Under the pieces are notes generated by a model. The model worked only from the letters and a program-made list of their open reading frames with translations. It searched no databases and was not told the DNA's origin. A DNA stretch of 64,000 nt from Eledone cirrhosa (Eukaryota), in contig OZ024746.1 of NCBI GenBank assembly GCA_964016885.1, positions 11,532,001 to 11,596,000 on the forward strand. Direction: 5' to 3'. Positions 54,208 to 64,000 of the stretch are shown here, in pieces (position 1 is the stretch's first letter; every line of letters starts with the position of its first letter). The translations under genes and the position numbers were made by a program.

Positions 54208-57200
54208 ATATCATCGTACATTTAAGCTTATCAATAAACTGAGATGAAAATATTGTGGTTGGTTCATGCAACTCAAGAGATTATTCACTTGGCTATAGAC
54301 ATGAAATAAATTAGATTATATAGTTGACCAAGACACAATGCATATGAAACATAAAAAATGTAATCATTGCTCTCTAATTTTCAAATTTCAGCACACAAGA
54401 TAACTGCGCAGACCCAAACTTGTACACAATTAGCTTCAGCTGTTATCAAATTTCGTGGAACATAGAACATTGAAAATAATAAAATATAGCCCCAAAAGGA
54501 GTATATTTAACTATATTCAGTGAATCAAACTAGTCACATATATTTTGTTAATCTATTTTTATACTAAATTTGGACACAAAAGCAAAAGACAGGGAAAAGA
54601 ATTTAAAAAAAAAAAAGAGTTTCACTTTATTCTACATTTGTGCTCACACTTTGCACAAAAATGTATTTTTTTATCAACTTAAGCTGAATCCTAAAATAAT
54701 TTAAACCACCTTGCTTCAGCTGACTGACCTACAGTAAATAATCTGAATTCTGACATTACTAGTAAAGCCAATTGTAACTATTACAGCATAACTATGCAAG
54801 CAACATAATCAAGTGCACGGACAGAAATGGATATGATGATTCACATTACTCTATATTTACTGTTGTATTCTCAGGGTAAAGGCTTTTCCTCACATAATAC
54901 CAAAACTATGAGAATTTTATATTTATATTGAGAATAATACCTTAACATCACTATGAGTAGTCAGTTACAGCCAGTTTCAACAGAAAGAGGTGAGAGAATT
55001 CTGACTAGATATGGCCAGTTTAAATGCTAAAGAGTTAAAGAACCAAGCTTCAAACCTTTAAACTGACGTTATACTCTCAACTCCTTCGATACCAGACCAT
55101 CCGAGAAAAGAAAGAAAATATCCAGAAATACAATCAACAGAATTACTTCTTTAAAAATATAAAAGAATTTCTTACTTCATGTAATAGCATCTATTAAATC
55201 TCCACTTGTGTAGTCATCTCAATCAAAGTCTTACAATCTAGCCAGTACTGAAATGAATAGCTGTTGTACTGAACACTGATATAAAAACTAAGAAACAACA
55301 CACTTTGGCAAGAAAAACAATGTTGAGGAAGGGGAGACTCTAATGTTTTGTTTTTACCATCTTTGTTTTCAAGTTGTTTAGAACAAACATTTTGGTTAGC
55401 AGCACTTAAATTCTTGGAAAGTTTTTGCACTGAGCACTAGAGGGTAAGAGATAGGTGAAGAAAACGAAAAACAGCCATAAAAATTATTGGGTTTATGGAA
55501 AATATTAAGAAAGTCTTAAAATGTATTATGAAGTGGGTTTGTAATTTAAAAATAAAATTAAATTGTCTAAACATTATTTCTGTTTTACAGCTGTCCTTAT
55601 GAAATAATGCAACAGGAAAGTAACTTGAAACCTGTTCTAGACTAATCTAGAAACAAAGTACAAACACAACTGAACTGTCAATAATACAACAGAAATGGAC
55701 AATTTTACTTCTACTGACTTAAAAAAATAAAAGTGAAGAAATACACACATAGTAAAATGTGCTTTCAAACAGATAAACATAGATTGTTTCAGAGAAAAAT
55801 AGTTAAAAAAACATTCAGTACAAGTTAATTCTAGGAGAAAATTGTTGTGACAAAAATTCAGATTAGGTCACAAAATATTTTACTCTACCATATCTGGGTT
55901 GTCCAAACTTTTTTATATTCAAGCTGTCATTTTGATAGAAATAGAAATACTGTTAGCCATAATCAATACTGAGCATTTCCTCAAAATAATATAAAGGTTC
56001 AATGTACCTTACTTAGAACATATACTATTTATTATTTCTCCTTTAACATATTGGATATTAACCCTCCTAAAATCACGTCGGATTATAATACAAAACTGCT
56101 CGTTTTATAATGTTAATTAAATCTTTTCATTATAATTTTATTTCAGAATTTTTTTGTTAATTTGTGTTCTAAACATAAGCTTACTAATGAAAACCTTAGT
56201 TATTTTCTTAAATTTCTCTAAATGTTTGATTATTTTCAAAATTAATAGAAACAGATAGTCAGTGTATTTCATTAGAAATATAATGAAACGGTTATACACT
56301 GAAAGATTGAAATATTGTCTGCATACATTAACTTCGATTTAGAAGTATTTAGTGTCTACATACTTCCAATTTAAGCTTTATACTTCTGTTTATATTAAAT
56401 TTTAATATACTTTATTAGTTTAGAGTGAAAGGTGAATTTAGCAGAAAAGAATTCTTAATAGATTACTAAGAAATATTCATTAATAATAATTCAAGATTGT
56501 AAAAGAATCACAAAAGAAAACATTGTACAAGTGATATGGAATTTGTTTAGAATGGGTACACTGTAGCTGTGTGTCATAAGAAGTGGCTAAAACTGTTACT
56601 GTTAGGAAGGGCATTCAGCTGAAAAAACATTGCCTCAGAAAGCCCCATCCAACCACTGATAGCATGATAAAAATGATGAGGATTACTTTGGAACACACAC
56701 ACACACAATAAAATCTTTACTTAAAATGTTATAAAATGACAGCGTGTAGTAATAGTAGTAGTGGTGGTGGTAGCAGTAGTAGTAGCAATGGATAATAAAA
56801 TTCACTTAGAAATTTCAATAAGGGAGGGGGCTTATTTTAGTTGTATCTTCACACCCAGTTCACAGGTAAGGTGTGCAATCTACAGGTATCTTCTGTTATT
56901 TTGCATACCAATGTTCTAAATATTTCAATTGCCAACTGCATTCGTAGCAAGCAGTAAAGTAGCAGAACTATTTCATAGACCAATTATGAATGAAGACAAG
57001 CATTTATAAATTTCAACTGCCTCTATATTACAACAATCCTAACTAAGCTGGTATTAGAATATTATAAACTGAATTAAATTATACACATAGATTCATTCAT
57101 AAACTCTTGCATCTCCTTTCTCTCTTTCCCCCACACTCACATGCTTTTAAAATATTATGGAATAGAAATAATTGCATGTTGTACCAAGTGAGACAAAGCT

Positions 57201-58456
57201 GATTATACAGTACAACTGAGGAGTTCAAGAGTCTGATAGAATTCAAAATATAACCTAAATTATGACTTCAGCAGAAGAGAAAAGGAATAATTTGATAGTA
57301 ATCAAGAGAATTGAGGAAACTTTAACAACCAGAATTGGTGGGAAATCATCAAAGTCAACAATAACACACTTATGAGGTAAACAAACTTAAAATACAAAGG
57401 CTTCTTTCGTTTCTATATTAGTAGGAGAGAGGAAAGATAGATTCCACTAGGTAGTTAAAGTATGTGAACCCTTAAATGCAGATGATGAAAATATATTCAG
57501 TTAGCAATAAGCTATTTTACTCTCTCTCTTTGTCTTATGCACTAGCTGAAATTAAACTAGCCTTGTTTGTTTACAGTTCATTAGCTTATTGATTAACTGA
57601 AAAGATGATACACCCAAAAATAACATAAAAGATTTAGTAAAATTGTTTGCAAGGTCAACACTTAAAATAACAGGACAAGAAACCACATATCCCATAGGCC
57701 AGCATTTCCCAAAGTGAGTATTGAGGAACCCTAGGGTTCCACATGACAAGTTGTCATTTAATAAGAATTTATAATTTTTTGTCTGTTTGCCTTGTTGAAA
57801 TAGGTAGATTGGGCCATCGTGGCCCAAGACTAGACAGGTTAGAAAACCACATCTACACCATATGTGTTAGTGTCCACCTAGTATATAGATGCACAAAAAA
57901 AAAAAGGAAACATTTGCATGAGTTCTTTTAATTTGTAACCGTTTTCTGCATATATGAAACCTTTATTCAGATGAACCATATTTGTAATAATTTTTATGAA
58001 TGAATTGCATTTTTCTATTTTCAAAACGTTTGCATGTTAAACAAAATTTCTTTGAAAAAAGAAAAAATATCAGTAGCACGCGCATGTGCGTGTGCATGTG
58101 TGTGTGTGTAGTGTCATCGCCATCACTGTTTAACACACATTTTTTCACACTGTGTGCGTGTGTGTATATATATATATATAAAAAGGCATGATCACATGAC
58201 ATGTGTTTGGATAGTATCAAAAGCTGCACCAGGACAAAATTTGGTTCACTTTTTATTTACACATGTAAATGATATTAACATGTTCAGTAAAGAGATTTTT
58301 GTATCAAATTTAAAATTTACAAAGCAGATAGCTATATCCAATAACGTGTGTGAGGAAGGTGTATGACGTACTGATAAGGGCAGGGATTCAATTCCTGAAT
58401 TGCTGTGTTCTTGAGCAAGGTGCTTCATTTGGCATTGCTAGTCATATATACATATA

Positions 58457-59308
58457 TAGGGTGACTAAAAAATAAGAAAAGTTGCCTCATTTTTATTTTT
58501 GTCTGCATTATTCATTTTTAAACAAAAACTGATGAAATTCTGAATATCTTTAGTTCAAATCATTAAAAACAGCATATCAAAAATTCCCTATCTTCTGATG
58601 TTACAGCACATGTTCCAAGTGATCCCCATTTGAGTCCATGCATTTTTTTTTGAGATGCACGGTGAAGTTCAGCATAACGTCTTTACAAACAGACCTGTGA
58701 TGGCTTTGAGCCCTCCCTGTTGTTTTCCTTTAGTTTAGTGAGGGGTCTTGAGTTTATATACCCCATCTTTCAGACTGCCCCAAAGAAAGAAATCTGTATG
58801 TGGGGGGAGGAGAGGGGACTCAAACCAAGGCTGTATGGAACTAACTCAAAATCAGTCTTCAAACTGATCACACGATTTCCGAAGTTATTCTTCAGCCATT
58901 CTCACCACTCATTGGAGGTGTGAGGGCTTGTTTCATCTTCCTGGAACCAGGACTTATTCATTAGTGATGGGTACATGGTCTGTAGCTCCTTTTTGAAGTC
59001 TTCCAGGATCTCCATATAGCGTTGCTTTGTGAATGTAGCAGTGACACCATTTTCTTCAAAGAAATGGCAGCCCAGATGGTACATTTAGCCAAGTAGGGAG
59101 GCTTCACAACCACTTTAGAGGGTTTCTCGGACGCCCAGAATACACTGCTCTTAAAGTTGATCTTTCCCTCTAAGTGGAAGTGAGCCTCGTCAGAGACCCA
59201 CAGTATTTAAAAAAAAATTGGGTTGTTTTCCATTTTCACTAACATTTTCTCAACTACATTATTTTTTTTACTGTGTATTCTGTCGGAGTACTTCTTTTAG
59301 TCATCCTG
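58457..59308 (-). mobile_element. Internally deleted Tc1/mariner-superfamily transposon with TIRs and TA TSD
   Basis: TIRs TAGGGTGACTAAAA / CAGGATGACTAAAA flanked by TA. Transposase remnants LWVSDEAHFHLEGKIN, WFQED, DFFLWGSLKDGVY and C..SNGDHLEHVL*. Confidence 0.88.
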
Positions 59309-59489
59309 TATAAATACATGCATATGTCACTGGACAGAGATCTTTGGCGATACACAGTAATACAGAAGACCCGCCTTACCTAAGTACAAAGTGAAACCTA
59401 CTACAGTCAGTAGGCACCTCTAACAAAATACACCCCCGTCCCACTACCCCCACCCCATCCACACCACCCCTTTCAATGTAAAGTTATGT

Positions 59490-59772
59490 TGGTACCACAA
59501 CATCCAGTTTGAAACAAATGAGGTCGTGTAGGTGTCACGACAAAAAAACACACAGTCCACGCTGTAATGTGGCCGTGTAGGTAACACGGTAAAAACCTCC
59601 CAGTCCACACTGTAAACGTGGTTGGTGTTAGGAAGGGCATCCAGCTGTAGAAAACCCGTCAGACAGTCCTATACGAGCAAGACAACCACTCTTGCCTCAA
59701 GTGGGAAAACTCCCGTCCAAACCCATGCAAGTGTGGAAGATGGACGTTAAATGATGATGATGATGATGATGA
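59490..59772 (+). mobile_element. RTE-3'-end-type element with duplicated internal unit and (GAT)n tail
   Basis: gttggtgttaggaagggcatccagctgtagaaa...cccatgcaagtgtggaagatggacgttaaatgatgat. Confidence 0.75.
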
Positions 59773-59840
59773 TGATATAAATATACACACACACACACAC
59801 ACACATATATACATATATATACTCTCACCTATCTTTCTAT

Positions 59841-59875
59841 CTTCCAATGAAGGACTAACATCTGAAACGTTATGA
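59841..59875 (+). ncRNA. Degenerate minimal hammerhead ribozyme (same family)
   Basis: CcaATGA-a-GGAC taac aTCt-GAAA-CGTT; shares the downstream gttaaactaatat block. Confidence 0.5.
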
Positions 59876-60222
59876 ATCTTTTCCTATTATATTAAGTGTT
59901 AAACTAATATATATTATCATTGTACTGTATTGTTCTCTCATTCTCACAAGTGAGTGATCTGGAGCAATGCGAAATAAAGTGTCTTGCCCAAGGACACAAC
60001 ACACCGCCCAGTCCAGTGATAATGGCAGTTCACAATGGGAGAACAGCAGCATGTATAACAGAATAAGTCGATTTATTTATTTTCTTACATCATAGTTATG
60101 ATGTTTCAACAAAGCTAAAGCTTGTGAAGCCATTTTAGAAAAGTACTCTTCCTCTGAAGAGTATTTAATGATCAATCGCTGAAGCATCATAGCTATGTTT
60201 TAAGAAAATGAATAAATTACAA

Positions 60223-60256
<34 letters not shown>

Positions 60257-61399
60257 ATGAATGTATATTTATGTGTAAGTATATGGATATATGTACATAT
60301 ATCCACAAGCATTGTACGCGTATGTCTCAGATCGTTCTTGAGCACTACTAAATCGGCAATCCCACTAGACTAGCTTTATTTGTTGATACCCAACTTGATG
60401 AAAAACAAAATCCACCAAAGTACAGATGACCACATATGGCTGGGTATATGTATGTGTATTTACATCAATATGCATGTGTATATTTACATTGATATGCATA
60501 TAAGTGTGCATCAGTGAATACTCTCACATGAAACATTGCGTTTGTAGTTTCTTAATGCTAGTTTTACAACCTCAAACATTTATGTTGCACTATAAATTTT
60601 GATGTGTAAATACTTTTCTGTCCCATCCATACACAAGTGAGGTCACAGGCTTAGAATCACAAATAGACAGTAGAGCTTTGGTTACAATAGCTAAGGTATG
60701 CATCTGAGACAAATAAAATACTACCACTTCCATAGTTTTCTCAAGGATGTAAGTTGAGGCATACAGGTGCCATACAGATGTGAGCAACTGTGTTTCTCTG
60801 ATTGCCTGTGTAGCTGTGTCTTTGTCTAGATGAGGTCTTGCCATATTAGTGTTTTTCTTCATAATTTTGAGAGCCACAATAACAATCCAACAGCCATCAC
60901 CTGGTTTAACACCACCATCTGGTTATTAGGATACAGATTTTACATTGTTGCAAGCATTTCAGCTAGGTCTCCAGTTTAGAGTTGCCTTCCTCTCTCCCAT
61001 TAGTCTCAGAGACCCTGTTTTAAACAGTAATATACGTGTGTGTGTAATTTCTACAAATTCAGTGGCATAATAAATCTTGAAAAAGAGTTAAAAGAAAATT
61101 AAGAACACCCTGATTTAATATGTCATGTTTTGCCTAAGTCCCACGAAACACACACACACACAGTTTGACTCCTGGTTATTCGTTTAAAGATTAGAATATT
61201 TATCTTTAAAATGTTGGAACTAATTTAATATCATTTGTGTGATTTAGCACACACTGTTGTAAAAATAAATAAATTTAATAAAATAACAATGGAAGGTAAA
61301 GTTTACAAAGCAAAAACAAACAACTGCTCTAAACTAGTAGAGTTAATTGGAAGCAGTTGACATTAAAACCCTAGATACTCAGTTTTGCTGTGCAAAGCA

Positions 61400-64000
61400 A
61401 GTTAATAACCCAAGGCTCCGGCATTATAGGGTATACCAAACTTTTATGAGTAAAATTTGCATACTATAAAGTAACTGATTATTAGAAATAAATTAGTAAT
61501 AATGACTGGAGGGCAGAAATGTATACTTGTTGCATAATGTTTATTCATTTTAAGGAGATCCCCAATGTCTAATAGAGACCAAGCAGCCCGTCAGTCTGGC
61601 TAGAGACCGTGGATGTGTTAAAACTATTATATTACATTCATATTTGAAGGCGGGTTTCTTTTCTTTCTAAGTTCTGAGTTTCATAAATCCAACTAACAGA
61701 TAGATCAGCCAACTAAATGTCATCGTTACAGTATGAGTTTACATCCGGATAACCCAAAATTGACCAGTTGGCTCAAATGTTATTTCTCGAATATTAAGGG
61801 TATCAGAAATACGAATACACGGCGTAACTTTTGATATCATCTTTAAAGATATGAAAGTATGGCATGACTAAAATATAAAATAAGAGGCAAAGAAACTTAA
61901 CACCGATTAAACTTCGGTTTAATATACAAATGAAAACAAAAATGACAGACATCCACTTGAAATTAACTAAATAGTACCCGTGGTATCATCGAAATGTGGA
62001 GTGAATAATATTAACAATGACAGTATTTCATTTTGTTTTAATCAGCTAAGCAAAAATAATAAGATATTTATAAATATCAAAAATGAGAACCAACTACTGA
62101 TATTTTTCAACAAATAAATTAAGATATTGATTTTCTCACAATAATTCTTTTACCATATAAAAAACACACACGATGTGTTGGTTTATATCCAAAAGATTCT
62201 TATTTAAAAATAGGTCTTATTAAAAAAAAATAATTCAAGACAAAATTCTTTTTTTAAATAACAGAAAATGATAATTAATTGCAATAAGAATATCGACAGT
62301 TTGTAATACTAAAAAAACAAAATGAGTATTTAAATGAAATTAATCAAAACAACTAACTTAAAATGCAAATTAAGCCCTCAAATATGTAGAAATCTAGTAA
62401 AATATATCTCGGGAAGTTGGTCAAGGTATGTAATAAAGTTGGAACATGTTAATTATATAAAGGGGTACAAGTAATCAGTGTTGGATAAATTTGAATCCGT
62501 CGGAAAATCTGGTGACAATCAGCTTCTAGATAAACAGATCAAGACGGAAATATAATCAGTGCAAACTCCCCAACTAATACAAAGAGATGTAATCATGTAA
62601 CAACAGCATATATTCTTCTAGTGGAGAACTAAGATGAGTGGTTGACTCTTTTCTCCCACCAATAACACAATCATCGATCGTTACAAATATATAGACATGT
62701 GTTTCGTTTGAGAGAAAGCTGAAGAAATAACGGCAGATTAAAATTGCTTATCATAACCAGAACCGCGATGACGATGGCATTGTGATAAAATATTTATTTT
62801 TTTAAATAAGGATTAAAAGCACGATAGAATAAATAAATACTGCCGTGGATAAAAAGTGAAAATAAGGGAAATAGTAGTGTAAAATTTGAAGTAAAAGTAA
62901 GCCATCATTATTGTTGAAGGGATTTAATTGAATGTTAACTAGACAACACACTGCCCTCCATTATTACATGACGCTGTACGCGTGCGTGTGTATACCTTTG
63001 TAGACACATGTCAGCATGCATTTACATATATTCACACACGCATGCGTACGGGTTCCTACTCATATCTTGTATTTCTCTTACAACAAATCACTCGCTTTTA
63101 ATTGTTTGTGTTTGAAAGAAATGAATTAGATCGACAATTCGAAATCTAAACACCACCACCACCGCACAATTTCATTCGTTGTAGACATACGCAAACAACA
63201 ATAACATGATCAACAACAACAATAATAATAATAACGAAAGGACACATTTTTGTTTTTTTAAAAACATATTTAGCATAATAAGTCTGACCCGCGTAGTATG
63301 ATTAGTAGAAGCAATAGTAGTAGTAGTAGTAGTTGACAAATAAACGCAAAAGCCAGCACTACCTACCTCATAGTAGTAACTATGACTAGAGAAAGAACTC
63401 CGTTATAGCAGCAGTAATAGTAGTAGTAGAAATAGCAGTGTGAGAATTAGGGCTTGCTGTAGTAGTTGTAAAAAAAAAGATCCTGGTTGGGTAAACGCAT
63501 ACAAAAAATGATAGTGATGAAAGTAAATCCATTTCAGATAAGCTAATGAAGATGATAGCAGCTCATATGTAGTAACGCCTGAGCCATTATAAATTCTCTT
63601 AGTAACATCACGATTGTCGACATGGACAGCAAAGAAAGCATCCCTGGAGCTGCGAGTGTTCCAGATCCAGCAGTAGTAGTAGCTTGGAAGTGTTGATGTT
63701 GCTTGTCTTTGATGTTGATGTACAGACGTCGAGTATTCAGTAAGGTACGACCAGTAAGGTAACAATTGACCACCAAAGCTGTAGAAATTGAACAGGCGAT
63801 ATGCATTGCTATGCGAATGATTGCTTGAACTAAATACGTCTGGCAAAGCACACGGCCCAAATTAATAACAACAACAATAATAATAAAGAATTAAAAAAAA
63901 AAAGAAAAGGCATTTACCACATGCTGCTGCTTGTGGTGGTGCTCTCCTACTGCAGCACATCAGCAAAAGCGATCCGCCATGTTTGAGTGAGACTAGTGGT
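61400..64000 (-). promoter_or_regulatory. CpG-retaining, TE-poor putative promoter/first-exon region with a YY1-type motif (CCGCCATGTT at 63974-63983)
   Basis: By eye, CpGs are much more frequent here than in the CpG-depleted introns (e.g. tacgaatacacggcg, cgatcgtt, acgctgtacgcgtgcg). A YY1 consensus CCGCCATNTT is present. CpG counts were not computed. Confidence 0.5.
63918..63960 (-). CDS. Candidate (alternative) first coding exon segment MCCSRRAPPQAAAC + G
   Basis: ATG at 63960 and donor GTG|gtaaat at 63917 give phase 1, compatible with the acceptor at 16264. It lies in a CpG-retaining region. No transcript evidence. Confidence 0.4.

Noticed and set aside
63403-63860. ORFs of 105-147 aa near the right edge
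   Set aside because: They have no recognisable domain, run partly through simple repeats and lie in the putative first intron.

Overview
This is AT-rich eukaryotic genomic DNA. Its SINE, RTE and microsatellite content resembles an octopod cephalopod (my inference). The window covers part of one intron-rich minus-strand gene of the ataxin-7 family (ATXN7/ATXN7L1-like, SAGA subunit). Five coding exons were reconstructed by hand with GT-AG sites and consistent phases: 16264-15680, 10020-9938, 7386-6761, 2930-2750 and 1662-1541. They encode the SCA7 zinc-binding domain, a 16-residue poly-Gly run and the conserved HPRP..CTFG motif. I did not find the N-terminal Sgf73-type zinc-finger exon or the 3' end of the gene. 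A CpG-retaining region at the right edge holds a phase-compatible candidate first exon with a uORF whose stop overlaps the start codon (TGATG). The introns are full of repeats: tRNA-derived SINEs, RTE, L1/Tx1-like and R4/Dong-like LINE remnants, decayed Tigger and Tc1/mariner transposons, TTAA-flanked MITEs and microsatellites. The most unexpected signal is a set of degenerate minimal type-I hammerhead-ribozyme motifs of the Penelope/retrozyme kind, all antisense to the host gene. There are also several long intronic inverted repeats that could form dsRNA. Almost all ORFs in the supplied track are spurious or repeat-derived.
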